A DNA stretch of 28,205 nucleotides from Chthoniobacteraceae bacterium (GCA_031409335.1 JANNWY010000305.1:1-28205), one strand, 5' to 3'; positions 8,081-18,249 are shown, counted from the first letter of the stretch. The notes: a model not told the origin generated them from the letters alone. Numbers and translations: made by a program.

Positions 8081-8743
8081 ATGAAACCACTTCTCTTCGC
8101 CGTCGCGCTCGTCCTTTCGCTCACCGCCACGCGGGCGGATTTTGTCATCGAGCAAAAGGTGGACGGTCTTGGGCAGCAGTCCGGGAGCATCGTCGTGAAG
8201 ATCAAGGAGACCAAAGCGCGCGCGGAGCTTTCACCGCAGATCAGCTACATCATCGACGGCGTGAGCGGCGACAGCATCACGCTGATGCACGCGCAGAAGG
8301 GGTTCATGAAAGTCTCCGCGGAACAGGGAAAGGCGCTGATGGAGCGGATGCAAAAGTCTGCAGCCGCCACGCCGTCAAAGCCCGTCGCGACGGGAAAGAA
8401 GGAAAACGTGGACCAGTGGGCGGCGGAAATCTTCACGTGGTCGAACGGATCGCTGTCGGTGAAATACTGGGTGGCGAAGGATTTTCCAAACGCCGCCGCG
8501 ATCCAGTCGGCGATGGACAAGGCGCGGGCGGGAGGACTCGGCGCGATGAATAAAAGCATGCTTCCTGCGAACTCGGAGTTTCCCGGCATGGTCGTGAAAA
8601 CGGAGATGAAGATGAAGGAGAAGACCGTCACGAGCACGATCGTTTCGGTGAAAGAAGAAGTCGTGGACACGAAGCAGTTTGAGATTCCCGCCGACTACAA
8701 AGAGCTGCCGACGCCCGCGTTCGACGCGCCCGCCGCGAAGTAG
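8081..8743 (+). CDS. Secreted protein, DUF4412-like
   Basis: Signal peptide ending ATRA-D; TGKKENV..W, YWVAKD, PGMVVKTE, FEIPADYKE. Confidence 0.7.
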   Translation: MKPLLFAVALVLSLTATRADFVIEQKVDGLGQQSGSIVVKIKETKARAELSPQISYIIDGVSGDSITLMHAQKGFMKVSAEQGKALMERMQKSAAATPSKPVATGKKENVDQWAAEIFTWSNGSLSVKYWVAKDFPNAAAIQSAMDKARAGGLGAMNKSMLPANSEFPGMVVKTEMKMKEKTVTSTIVSVKEEVVDTKQFEIPADYKELPTPAFDAPAAK

Positions 8744-8746
8744 CCG

Positions 8747-9310
8747 ATGCCTTGCCTCATCCTCGCGTCCGCGTCACCGCGCCGTCGTCAATTGCTCGCG
8801 GAGCACGGCTACGATTTCACGGTCGTGCCCGCCGACGTGGAGGAGATCGCGCCCGCGCATTTCACCCCGCGCGAAGTCGTGCTCTGGAACGCGCGCTCCA
8901 AAGCGCACGCCGTCGCGCGCGCGCACCCGGATGAAATCGTCCTCGGCGTGGATACGCTCGTCGCCTTCGACGGCCGCATCTTCGGCAAACCGCGCGACAT
9001 GGACGAGGCGTTCGCGATGGTGAGCGAATTGAACGGACGCAGCCACGAAGTGTTCTCCGGCGTCTGCATCGCGCAAGCCGCGAGCGGAAAAGAGCACACC
9101 TTCGCCGAAGTCACGCGCGTCCATTTTCGCAAACTCAGCGCCGCCCAAATCCGCACCTACCACGCCCGCATCGGCCCGCTCGACAAAGCCGGTGCCTACG
9201 CCGCGCAGGATGACCGCGGGGAACTCATCGAGCGCGTCGAAGGTTCATTCACAAACGTCATCGGTCTGCCGATGGAAGCGCTCGCGGATGCGCTGCGCAC
9301 GTTCCTCTAA
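8747..9310 (+). CDS. maf: Maf family nucleoside triphosphate pyrophosphatase
   Basis: LILASASPRRRQLL, GVDT, IFGKP, DKAGAYA, GSFTNVIGLP. Confidence 0.95.
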   Translation: MPCLILASASPRRRQLLAEHGYDFTVVPADVEEIAPAHFTPREVVLWNARSKAHAVARAHPDEIVLGVDTLVAFDGRIFGKPRDMDEAFAMVSELNGRSHEVFSGVCIAQAASGKEHTFAEVTRVHFRKLSAAQIRTYHARIGPLDKAGAYAAQDDRGELIERVEGSFTNVIGLPMEALADALRTFL

Positions 9311-10593
9311 ATCCACGTCCCGTCGGGAATGATCCCGCCTTTCGGCACGACCACGATCCCGTCGCGCACGTAGAAATTCGGCCCGTCATATTCCGCCGGT
9401 TTTCCCTCGGGCGTGATGACGCAGCCGTGACCGATGCGCGCGTTTTTGTCGATGATCGCGTGGTCGATGACGCAGTTCTTGCCGATGCCCACATCGGGGA
9501 TTCCCGCGCGTCGGGTCACCGCGGATTCGTAATAGTCGGAGCCCATGATGACGCTATTGCGGATCGTGGTGCCGGCATCCACAAAGCTGCGCACGCCGAC
9601 GACGGCGCGCTCGATGTGCGCGTCGGAGAGGACGCAGCCATCGGAAATGATCGCGCGTTTGATCGTCGCGCCGTTGATCTTGCTGGCGGGCAGGTAGCGC
9701 GCGTGGGTGTAGATCGGCGTCACGGTGTCGAAAAAATTGAAGCGCGGGATCGGGTCCGTGAGCATCAGATTGGCGTCGAAGAACGAGCGGATCGTGCCGA
9801 TGTCCTCCCAGTAGCCTTGGAAAATGTACGCCATCACGGTGCGTTTGTGGATGAGCCCGGGGATGACATTTTTCCCGAAGTCGATCTGCGCTTCGTTGCT
9901 CAACGCTTCGATCAATGTCTGTCGATTAAAAATATAGATACCCATCGACGCCTGATACAAATCCCCGTCCGCAGCCTGCCCGAGTTCGGCGAGCAGCGCG
10001 GGTGGAATGCGCAGTTTGTCGAGCACCGCCGGATCGTTTGGTTTCTCGACAAACTCGATGATCTTTCGCGCCGCATCCGTGTGCATGATTCCGAACGATT
10101 GCGCTTCCGTGCGCGAGACCGGGATGGTCGCGAGCGTCACATCGGCCTTGGTCTTGATGTGCTGCGCGAGCAGTTCGCCGTAGTCCATCCGGTAAAGCTG
10201 ATCGCCGCTGAGGATGACGAAGTATTCGTAGGGATACTGGAGGAAATCGCGGAGGTTTTGTCGCACGGCGTCGGCGGTGCCCTGATACCAGTTCGTATCC
10301 GTCGGCGTCTGCTGCGCGGCGAGGATTTCCACGAAGGAACGCGTGAACGTGTCGAATTTGTAGCTCGTGTTGATGTGCCGGTGGAGTGACACGGAATTGA
10401 ACTGCGTGAGCACGTAAATGCGGCGCAGTCCCGAGTTGATGCAATTCGAGATCGGGATATCGACGATGCGATATTTTCCCCCGAGCGGCACCGCGGGTTT
10501 CGAGCGTTCTTTGGTCAGCGGAAAAAGCCGCGAGCCAGCGCCGCCGCCCATGATGACGGCGAGCGTTTTGTCGGTGATGGAAGCCGGGGTCAT
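9307..10593 (-). CDS. glgC: Glucose-1-phosphate adenylyltransferase (428 aa)
   Basis: GGGAGSRLFPLTKERSKPAVP, WYQGTADAVRQ, FVEKP, YWEDIGT, C-terminal beta-helix; start ATG 10593. Confidence 0.97.
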   Translation of the reverse strand: MTPASITDKTLAVIMGGGAGSRLFPLTKERSKPAVPLGGKYRIVDIPISNCINSGLRRIYVLTQFNSVSLHRHINTSYKFDTFTRSFVEILAAQQTPTDTNWYQGTADAVRQNLRDFLQYPYEYFVILSGDQLYRMDYGELLAQHIKTKADVTLATIPVSRTEAQSFGIMHTDAARKIIEFVEKPNDPAVLDKLRIPPALLAELGQAADGDLYQASMGIYIFNRQTLIEALSNEAQIDFGKNVIPGLIHKRTVMAYIFQGYWEDIGTIRSFFDANLMLTDPIPRFNFFDTVTPIYTHARYLPASKINGATIKRAIISDGCVLSDAHIERAVVGVRSFVDAGTTIRNSVIMGSDYYESAVTRRAGIPDVGIGKNCVIDHAIIDKNARIGHGCVITPEGKPAEYDGPNFYVRDGIVVVPKGGIIPDGTWI

Positions 10594-10724
10594 GGATGGA
10601 TCATGGATGGATGCGGGTTCTGACACAATCGCGGAGGCATCGCGCAGCGGTCGTTTCTTGCGCTCCGGTTCTGGGTAAAAACGAGGAGCGAGGGCAGCCT
10701 TTGTCGCATTTTTCGCTGCACGGT

Positions 10725-11492
10725 TCATGGCGCATCGCCCATCAGGCGCGAGAGACTGCTGCGGTAGTTGCGGCTCAGATTGAGCTTGGTTCCGTCATTG
10801 AGGATGACGGTGTATTCGCCGTGAAACATCGGCTGGAGTTCTTTCACGCGCTCGAGGTTCACGATGCAGGAGCGGTTGATGCGGACGAATGTCTCGGACG
10901 GCAGACGGGACGCCAGCGAGGTCATCGTTTCGCGCAAAAGATGCGACGCAGCGCCGGCGTGGACGTTCACGTAGTTATCCGCGGCTTCGACCCAGTCGAT
11001 GTCTTCCACTTTCACAAACGTGACGCGGCCCGCGGATTTGATCGCGAGTTTTTGGACTGCTTTCGTCTCGGGCCGCAGGTTGGCGAGCAGCGCGCGCAAG
11101 CCTTCTTCGGCGGGCGCTCCCGATTTGGAGCCGATGCGATCCTTGGCGCGCTGGAGCGCGGCGCGGAAGCGTTCGCGATCGAATGGCTTCAGCAAATAAT
11201 CGACCGCGTGAACCTCGAACGCCTTCAGCGCGAATTGATCGTAAGCGGTGACGAACACGACGGCGGGCAGCACGGGCAGCGCGAGTTCCGCCAGCACTCC
11301 GAAGCCATCCAGCTCGGGCATCTGGATGTCGAGAAAAAGCAGGTCCGGCTCGAGTTCGGTGATTTTCTCCACGGCACTGCGCCCGTCGCCGCATTCGGCG
11401 CAGACCTCGATCTCGTCGTCCGTTTCGAGCAGGTTGCGCAGCCGCTCGCGGGCGAGCGGTTCATCTTCGACGATGATGGTTCGTATCTTCAT
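10725..11492 (-). CDS. LytTR family response regulator
   Basis: Receiver EDE..FLDIQMP..TAYD..LLKP; C-terminal DIDWVEAADNYV..FVRINRS. Confidence 0.95.
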   Translation of the reverse strand: MKIRTIIVEDEPLARERLRNLLETDDEIEVCAECGDGRSAVEKITELEPDLLFLDIQMPELDGFGVLAELALPVLPAVVFVTAYDQFALKAFEVHAVDYLLKPFDRERFRAALQRAKDRIGSKSGAPAEEGLRALLANLRPETKAVQKLAIKSAGRVTFVKVEDIDWVEAADNYVNVHAGAASHLLRETMTSLASRLPSETFVRINRSCIVNLERVKELQPMFHGEYTVILNDGTKLNLSRNYRSSLSRLMGDAP

Positions 11493-11501
11493 AGCTTCAT
11501 C

Positions 11502-12587
11502 TCAGGGTTCGGTGCGAAATGGGATCGCGATGCGGATGGCGACGCCGCCGGAATCTCGATTGCGCATCTCAAACCGGTGGTTCGATCCGTAGAGCTGGCT
11601 CAATCGGGAGCGCGTGTTCGATAAACCGATGTTCTCATTCCATTGCTCGGGCAAGCCTTTCCCGTTGTCGGAAACTTCGAGGATGAGTTCGCCGTCCACG
11701 CGGCTTGAGGTGATTTCGATCGTTCCTGGCCTGGCCTGCTTCTCGATGCCGTGCTTGATCGCGTTCTCGACGAGCGGCTGGAGCAGGAGATTTGGCACCA
11801 GCGCCGTCTGCGTGTCGGGCGCGATGTTCATTTCGACGGTCAGGCGTTTGCCAAAGCGCGTCTGCTCGATTGCGACGTAGCGTTGCAAAAAGTCGATCTC
11901 CCGCCGCACGGAGACTTCCTGCTCGTCGCCGCTGTCGAGCGCGCGGCGCAGGAGGTCGCTCAGTTGCGCCACCATGCGATCGGCAGCGTCCACGTCCTTG
12001 TGCATCAGCGCGGAGATGGCGTGCAGTGTGTTGAAAAGGAAGTGCGGGTTCAGTTGCATCTGGAGCGACTTCAAGCGCGCTTCGGCCAGGCTTTTCTCCA
12101 GCTCGACCGCGCGCAATTCCCGCTCGCGAAACTGCCGGTAATAATCCAGCGCATGACCCGCGCAGACGATGCCCCAGTAGATTAGCACATTGAAGAAAAA
12201 GGTCTTCACGAGAAGCTGGCTGAACGCTTCCACAAACGGCACCGCGCCTCCCAGGCTCCGGCTCTGCCATTGTCCGATCAAGGCACGCGCAAAAACGTAG
12301 ATCAGGGCTGCAACCGCGCTGCCGCACAGATGGATGGCGAGGCTGCTGCCCCAGCGCGGACCTTCCAGATGAAACCGCCGCGCGAGATACAGCACGGGGA
12401 TCGAAAGCAGCCCCCACACATACCAATCTCCGAGTGACCACCCGATCGCCGCGGCCCACGACATCGGCTGCCCGGTCTTCATGCTCGACACATACAACTG
12501 ACTCGCAAACGAAAGCCCGATCAACGTCCACAGCAACGCGCCCATCACCCATTTCAGGAGTCGCTTCTGTTGTGCCAGTGCAGTCAT
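11502..12587 (-). CDS. LytS/YehU-type membrane sensor histidine kinase
   Basis: 4 TM segments, QLNPHFLFNTL, IEQTRF, LQPLVENAIKHG, DNGKG, IGLSN. Confidence 0.95.
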   Translation of the reverse strand: MTALAQQKRLLKWVMGALLWTLIGLSFASQLYVSSMKTGQPMSWAAAIGWSLGDWYVWGLLSIPVLYLARRFHLEGPRWGSSLAIHLCGSAVAALIYVFARALIGQWQSRSLGGAVPFVEAFSQLLVKTFFFNVLIYWGIVCAGHALDYYRQFRERELRAVELEKSLAEARLKSLQMQLNPHFLFNTLHAISALMHKDVDAADRMVAQLSDLLRRALDSGDEQEVSVRREIDFLQRYVAIEQTRFGKRLTVEMNIAPDTQTALVPNLLLQPLVENAIKHGIEKQARPGTIEITSSRVDGELILEVSDNGKGLPEQWNENIGLSNTRSRLSQLYGSNHRFEMRNRDSGGVAIRIAIPFRTEP

Positions 12588-12683
12588 CGCATTTTGTAGC
12601 GCCGCCTTTTGGCTTTGCTTTCATCGTGCAAGGCCGTGACTTGGGCGGTCGTTGAGTCCATTGAATACACGGGAACCAAACTT

Positions 12684-14531
12684 GTGAATAGACCGCCTGA
12701 AGATTTCGGGAAAAAACGTGAAAGCGCCGCGGCCGGTGAAGACGCTGCCATCAGCCGGGCGCTCCGCTGGTCGATCGCCGCGCTGCTGCTCATCGTCTCC
12801 GCGACGGCGTTTCTCCTCGTGAAAGGGACGCCGTCGCTTCCCGGCGATGCCGGGAAAAGTGCGAATGCGAATCTCCCGGCGGGAATGCCGCGAGTGGCAT
12901 TCACGGATGTTACTGCCAGTGCAGGCATCACTTTTCTGCACCGCAATGGAGCGCGTGGCGGAAAGTTCCTGCCTGAAACGATGGGTGGCGGCTGTGCATT
13001 CCTCGACTTCGACAACGATGGCGATCAGGACATTCTGTTCGTGAACTCGACCGACTGGCCTTGGGATGCCAAAGACGCCAGCCAGGCCGTCGCACTCGCG
13101 TTGTTCAGCAATGACGGCAAGGGACGCTTTACTGACGCGACCGCATCCGCCGGGCTGGATCTCGATGCCTATGGCATGGGCAGCGCGATCGGGGATTTCG
13201 ACAACGATGGCTTCCCGGACATCTTTGTGACCGGCGTGGGAGGCAGTCGTCTGTTTCACAACGAAGGCGGAACCAGATTTCTCGATGTAACGACCCAGGC
13301 GGGAGTAGGTGGCACCAAGGATGATTGGACGACTAGCGCATCATGGCTCGACATCGACAACGACGGCGATCTGGACCTTTTCGTCTGTAACTATGTGCGC
13401 TGGTCCAGGGACACCGACCTGGCCGTGGACTACAAGCTGCCAGGCATCGGCCGGGCTTACGGACCACCCATGAGTTTCACCGGCACCTACCCATACCTAT
13501 ACCGGAATGATGGCAACGGCCACTTTACCGACATCTCCGTCGCCGCCGGGATTCAGATCAAAAACAAGGCAACCGGCCAGCCGCTGGCCAAGTCACTCGG
13601 GCTCGCACCCATCGACCTCGATAGTGATGGCTGGATCGATGTGATCGTGGCGAATGACACGGTGCAGAACTTCGTCTTTCACAACGAGCGCGACGGCACC
13701 TTCAAGGAGATCGGTGAAGTGTCGGGCACCGCCTTTGATAACTATGGCAAGGTGCGCGGCGCGATGGGGATCGACGCCGCCCGTTTTCAAGGCGACGACA
13801 GCCTGGCGGTCTCCATCGGTAACTTCGCAAATGAGATGACCGCGTTCTATGTATCAAAGAAAAACTCCCTTACCTTTGCCGACGAAGCCATCGCGCAAGG
13901 CATCGGGGCCGCGAGCCGGCATCTGCTTACTTTCGGCGTATTCTTCTTCGACTACGACTTGGACGGATGGCTCGACCTTCTCACCACCAACGGACACCTG
14001 GATGAGCAAATCAACAAAGTCCAGCCGGAGCAGCAATACCGACAAGCGGCGCAGCTTTTCTGGAATGCGCGCGGAGTCCGGGCGAGCGGAGGCTTTGTCG
14101 CGGTGCCGGCGGATGATTCCGCGCGGGCGCTCTTTGCACCCATCGCCGGACGCGGCTCCGCCTATGCGGACATCGACGGCGACGGCGATTCCGACCTGCT
14201 GCTCACCCAGGTCGGCGGGGCGCCAATGCTTCTGCGAAACGACCAGCAGCTCCGCCATCACTGGCTGCGAATCAAGCTCGCAGGCTCCCGCGCGAATCGC
14301 GATGGCATCGGCGCGTGGATCAAAATCCGTGTCGGTGGCCGGACGCTGATGCGTCACGTCATGCCGACGCGAGGTTACCTTTCGCAATCGGAGCTACCCG
14401 TCACGATTGGGCTCGGGGAAAACGATCGTGTGGACGAGGTTTCGATCACCTGGCCGGGAGGTGAGGTGCAGAAGGTCGAGGGTATGCGGATCGACGCAAT
14501 GAACGCGGTGAGCCAACCACTGACTCGCTAG
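12684..14531 (+). CDS. CRTAC1-like FG-GAP/VCBS repeat protein with C-terminal ASPIC/UnbV domain
   Basis: Repeated DxDxDGxxD motifs, N-terminal TM, C-terminal NRDGIGAWI..GYLSQS..GLG..ITWPGG; start uncertain (GTG 12684 chosen, ORF open from 12609). Confidence 0.88.
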   Translation: MNRPPEDFGKKRESAAAGEDAAISRALRWSIAALLLIVSATAFLLVKGTPSLPGDAGKSANANLPAGMPRVAFTDVTASAGITFLHRNGARGGKFLPETMGGGCAFLDFDNDGDQDILFVNSTDWPWDAKDASQAVALALFSNDGKGRFTDATASAGLDLDAYGMGSAIGDFDNDGFPDIFVTGVGGSRLFHNEGGTRFLDVTTQAGVGGTKDDWTTSASWLDIDNDGDLDLFVCNYVRWSRDTDLAVDYKLPGIGRAYGPPMSFTGTYPYLYRNDGNGHFTDISVAAGIQIKNKATGQPLAKSLGLAPIDLDSDGWIDVIVANDTVQNFVFHNERDGTFKEIGEVSGTAFDNYGKVRGAMGIDAARFQGDDSLAVSIGNFANEMTAFYVSKKNSLTFADEAIAQGIGAASRHLLTFGVFFFDYDLDGWLDLLTTNGHLDEQINKVQPEQQYRQAAQLFWNARGVRASGGFVAVPADDSARALFAPIAGRGSAYADIDGDGDSDLLLTQVGGAPMLLRNDQQLRHHWLRIKLAGSRANRDGIGAWIKIRVGGRTLMRHVMPTRGYLSQSELPVTIGLGENDRVDEVSITWPGGEVQKVEGMRIDAMNAVSQPLTR

Positions 14532-16439
14532 TTACGCGGGGACTGGCGCGGCGTCGTTTCGAAAGCTCCGCCACATCCGCACCGGCAATGAACCGAGCCC
14601 GATGAGCGCGAGATTTGCCACGACGAAAAGCATGAGCCAGTAAAACGCGGCGTCCATGAAGCCGTAGCTGTGCAGCCCGATGCCAAGCATGTTCACGCCA
14701 AACCAGCTCCAGCTCGTGACGATATTTCCGACAATCGCCATATTCATAAAGCCGCGCTCGCGCACCATCCCGCCCCAGCGCGCGTGCAGCATCAGCGCAT
14801 TCCACATCACGATGATGAGCGCGCCGTTTTCCTTCGGATCCCAGCCCCAGAAACGGCCCCACGATTGATCCGCCCAGATGCCGCCCAGTACGGTGCCGAC
14901 GAAACTGAAGAGCGTGGCGAAGCAGACGATGCCATAGGCCATTTTCACGAGCGATTTCGCGGTCGCCTGATCGAGGCCCGAGGTGAAAAGTCCGCGCACG
15001 ATGTAGATGATCGCGAGGAACCCGGCGACGTAGGTGCTGGAGTAGCCAAGGGTCACGACGACGACATGCGTCGCGAGCCAGAAATTCGTGTCGAGCACGG
15101 CGCGCATCATCTCCATGGTGTCGCCAGTGAGGGAAAGATGGTGCGCGATGATAAGCGTGATGAAGCCAACGACCGAAGACACCACGACGCCCACGCCATT
15201 CCGCCAAAACCGCTCCAGCACGAGCCCGAGAATGCACGCGCCCCAGCCGATGAAGATCGCGGATGAATACAGATTGGTGACCGGCGGACGACCTTCCAAA
15301 ACCATGCGGTAGATGAGGCCGGCGGTGTGGACGATAAGCCCGAGCGCAACGAGCCAGACGGCACAACGGCGCACCGGCTCCCATGCCTTCGGGCGCACCC
15401 AGAAAATGAGCGCGCAGAGCAACGCCGCGATATAGACGACCATCGACTTGTAGAATGGTTCGAACTGATTGAAGCGCCGCTCGCTTGCCGACTTTTTCAA
15501 TTCCTCCGAGAACTTCCCGGCGAGGGTCGCGCGGTAGTCGCGCGCGGCGCTGTTGAATCCCGCGACATCGCCGCGCTGGTAAGCACCGCTCATTTTCGCG
15601 TAGCTTTGCAGCGAATACGGCGGCGTTTCGCCACGCGCGATTCCCATGAGCGCAGTGCCCGCGCGCTGCCAGTCGTCGCGCGTGCCGCCGGCTTTCACGG
15701 GCGGGATGATGAGCGCGGGCTCGAGCTGAGCCATCGCGTCGAACTTCTGCAAATCCACCATCAGCGTATCGAGCGCCTCCTTGTCGAATTCCTTGCCCGC
15801 CTGCTGCGCGCGGGCGGCAGCGACCCCTTTGTCCACGTGGGAAAGATACGCGCTGTATTCCGCGGACCAGTCGCCGGCATTCTGTGGCTGCACGGTGTTT
15901 TGCAGGCGCATGTAAAGGCCGACATTTCCCCACAGCCGCACGATCGCCTGGTCGAATGGATTGCGCTTCTGGCTGTTGATCGCATTCGCGCGCCGCGCCT
16001 CGCGCTGCAAATCCTCGAGCTTTCCTTTGATCTGATTCCACGAGAAATGTTTGCCGTCGGTCTGCTTGTCGCGATCCGCGTCCATCGGCAGCGCGAGCAG
16101 GCCTTTGAGATCGGGGTGGTCGATGCGGATCACCGGCCACGCATCGGCGATGGTCGGCGTCATCGTCATCGCGAGCAGCCACTCGGTGCCGGAGAGGATT
16201 TTCGGGCGATCGGAGTTGTCCTTCCACGGCTCGATGTTCGCGGCCTGTTTTTCGCGAAGCTGGAGCAATGAATTGCGCGCGAGCGAATCAATCGGCTGCA
16301 CGCGCCCGCCGGAGACGACCGGCAATTGCCCGAAGGTCTGGACAGCAAAGGCGCCGTCCTTGTCCTTTGGCAGACGGATCGAACCGGCGATCCACGCGGC
16401 GAAGACGAGGGTGAGAATGATGGGAAGCCACTTTTTCAT
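14532..16439 (-). CDS. ccsA: Cytochrome c biogenesis System II CcsA/ResC-like protein with large periplasmic N-domain (635 aa)
   Basis: WWD motif GGIWADQSWGRFWGWDPKE; conserved His in WLATHV, MLHAR and GLHSYG; GRPPVTNLY; start ATG 16439. Confidence 0.92.
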   Translation of the reverse strand: MKKWLPIILTLVFAAWIAGSIRLPKDKDGAFAVQTFGQLPVVSGGRVQPIDSLARNSLLQLREKQAANIEPWKDNSDRPKILSGTEWLLAMTMTPTIADAWPVIRIDHPDLKGLLALPMDADRDKQTDGKHFSWNQIKGKLEDLQREARRANAINSQKRNPFDQAIVRLWGNVGLYMRLQNTVQPQNAGDWSAEYSAYLSHVDKGVAAARAQQAGKEFDKEALDTLMVDLQKFDAMAQLEPALIIPPVKAGGTRDDWQRAGTALMGIARGETPPYSLQSYAKMSGAYQRGDVAGFNSAARDYRATLAGKFSEELKKSASERRFNQFEPFYKSMVVYIAALLCALIFWVRPKAWEPVRRCAVWLVALGLIVHTAGLIYRMVLEGRPPVTNLYSSAIFIGWGACILGLVLERFWRNGVGVVVSSVVGFITLIIAHHLSLTGDTMEMMRAVLDTNFWLATHVVVVTLGYSSTYVAGFLAIIYIVRGLFTSGLDQATAKSLVKMAYGIVCFATLFSFVGTVLGGIWADQSWGRFWGWDPKENGALIIVMWNALMLHARWGGMVRERGFMNMAIVGNIVTSWSWFGVNMLGIGLHSYGFMDAAFYWLMLFVVANLALIGLGSLPVRMWRSFRNDAAPVPA

Positions 16440-16468
16440 AAGGATGTCAGGGAAGCGTAGCGGTGGAA

Positions 16469-16634
16469 TCCGGGTAGCACGCTCGTCCCGAGCGTTGGTC
16501 TTGGCGTCCCGCCAAGATGAACTTCCCTGCCGCGTCGGCATTGAAAACGTGAACGAGCCCCGGAGCGATGCGTGAGGGAAGTCCGCGAAGGCGGGACGCC
16601 TTCGCCAACGTTCGAGACGAACGTGCTACCCGGA
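16469..16634. repeat. GTAG-type REP doublet (REPIN-like) inverted repeat
   Basis: TCCGGGTAGCACGCTCGTCCCGAGCGTTGG..GGCGTCCCGCC..ACTTCCCT pairs with AGGGAAGT..GGCGGGACGCC..CCAACGTTCGAGACGAACGTGCTACCCGGA; arms ~60 bp. Confidence 0.85.
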
Positions 16635-16644
16635 CATCCGCGCC

Positions 16645-18129
16645 TCACGCCGTCCTCCGTTTCTTCGTGAAACCGATGAGGTGATACATGAATTGCCAGA
16701 GCATCCCGAGCGATACGACCGCGCAGCCGACATATGGCGTTAGCCAGGAGGGATTTTTTACGACTTGAAGGGTGCTGTTTCCGACCGCGGCGCGTTCGTC
16801 GCGACCCATTTGATATTGGTAATAGGTCAGACCTTCGTAGCGCAGCGGACTGTTCATGTAGATGTCCACCTCGCGCTTCTCGCCCTTCGCGAGATTTTCG
16901 ATCTGCACGCGGCTCTGGAAGTTTTTTGGAATCTCGGTGCCGGGATAAACCTCGTGAGTGGTTTTCAGCAGCTTCATGGAATACGGCAGATACGTGCGCT
17001 CCCAGCGCAGCGCGGTGTGCCAGTGCCCGCCCGCGATTTCCAATTCCTCGTCATTCAGCCACGGCGAGACGAGCCATGTGCCGAGGCCTTTGCCGCCCTG
17101 CAGCAGCTCGATCGTAGCCGCCGGCAGATTGCGTTTGTCCATCTCCCGCGTCTCGGCGAGCGGCACGATAAGCGCGCGTTTGCCCGCGCCGTTCCCCGCC
17201 GCGGCGGGCAGCGTCTCCGCGCTGATCGTTTCCTTCCGCGCGATCCTCTCCGCGGCGTATCGCATCGCCCCGCCCTGTGCGTTGAAGCGCGTGAGCATCT
17301 CGCCTTGAAAGCGCTTCTTCAGCTCATCGCGCAACCGCGCTTCCCGCTCGGGCTGCGTCGCGATCCGTTTCGCCGCGGCCACGATATCGCGCGTGTCGTT
17401 TTCCCCGATCGCGGCAAACGCCTCGCGCCATACCGTCACGCGGCCTTCGCTCTCGAGCGCGCGCTCCGCCTGCGGTGCGAGCCCGTCGGCGCTGGCAAAC
17501 TGGCCTTCGACCGTCGCGAGCGCGCCGGTGAGCTGGCCGTATGCCTTCAAAATCGCGTCATGCGAGAGCACCTCGCTGTTCGCGTGGTAATCCTTCACCC
17601 GCACCGTGAACGGCAGCTTCTCGTGTTTGATCTCGCCTTTCGCCACCACCATTTCCTCCGGGATGGACACGACTTCGTCCGCATCTTTTGAGGAGTTCGT
17701 GACGAAGACCAGTTCGTTGTCGCGGTGGCTTTCCGTGAATGAGCGCGTCTCGCCTTCGCGGAAACTCACCAGGCTTTCATCCGAGAAAAGATCCGTCGCG
17801 AGCTGGCCGACCAGCAGCAGGATGATGCCGGTGTGCGTGAGGTTGATCCCGATTTTTTTCTTTGTGAATTGGAAGCGTTTGATGTGCGCGGCGAGCAGAT
17901 TCAGCACGAGCACGATGCCGACGAAGTATCCGCCTGGCATCACCGGGATCTGCCAGTCCGCGCCGGCCGGCCCGGTCCAGATGAAGTAGCTCTTGAACCA
18001 CCGCTCCTGCGCTTCCCAGAGCCCTTCGGTGACTTGCGCGATGGTGCCGAGGAAGACGAGGACGATGCCGAATGCGAGGCAGGTGACGGTGAGGCGAAGC
18101 GAGGTAAAAATGTTCCAGAGCAGCTTCAT
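16645..18129 (-). CDS. resB: Cytochrome c biogenesis ResB/CcsB-like protein (494 aa)
   Basis: N-terminal TMs (SLRLTV..GTIAQ), TM His in LTHTGIILLLVG, C-terminal YPGTEIPKNFQS..IYMNSPLRYEGLTYYQ plus TM; directly upstream of ccsA; start ATG 18129. Confidence 0.85.
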   Translation of the reverse strand: MKLLWNIFTSLRLTVTCLAFGIVLVFLGTIAQVTEGLWEAQERWFKSYFIWTGPAGADWQIPVMPGGYFVGIVLVLNLLAAHIKRFQFTKKKIGINLTHTGIILLLVGQLATDLFSDESLVSFREGETRSFTESHRDNELVFVTNSSKDADEVVSIPEEMVVAKGEIKHEKLPFTVRVKDYHANSEVLSHDAILKAYGQLTGALATVEGQFASADGLAPQAERALESEGRVTVWREAFAAIGENDTRDIVAAAKRIATQPEREARLRDELKKRFQGEMLTRFNAQGGAMRYAAERIARKETISAETLPAAAGNGAGKRALIVPLAETREMDKRNLPAATIELLQGGKGLGTWLVSPWLNDEELEIAGGHWHTALRWERTYLPYSMKLLKTTHEVYPGTEIPKNFQSRVQIENLAKGEKREVDIYMNSPLRYEGLTYYQYQMGRDERAAVGNSTLQVVKNPSWLTPYVGCAVVSLGMLWQFMYHLIGFTKKRRTA

Positions 18130-18146
18130 TTTGAAAATGGGGAAGG

Positions 18147-18249
18147 GAACATCGAACTTCCAACATCGAACATCGGACCTCGAAGTAGGCGCACGGATGC
18201 GAAGTCCACCCTTCGAGGTTCGAGGTTCGAGGTTCGAGGTTCGAGGTTC
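18147..18249. repeat. Inverted pair of 7-bp tandem repeats forming a long hairpin
   Basis: (TTCGAGG)x5 at 18212-18246 is the reverse complement of the degenerate (AACATCG/AACTTCC/GACCTCG) array at 18147-18185. Confidence 0.9.

Noticed and set aside
10590..10612. Short TCATGGATGGA duplication at the glgC start
   Set aside because: Two short copies only; no supportable function
10611..10730. LytTR binding sites (three GGTTC copies upstream of glgC)
   Set aside because: Only 5-6 bp matches at irregular 51/55-bp spacing, not the closely spaced direct repeats typical of LytTR sites
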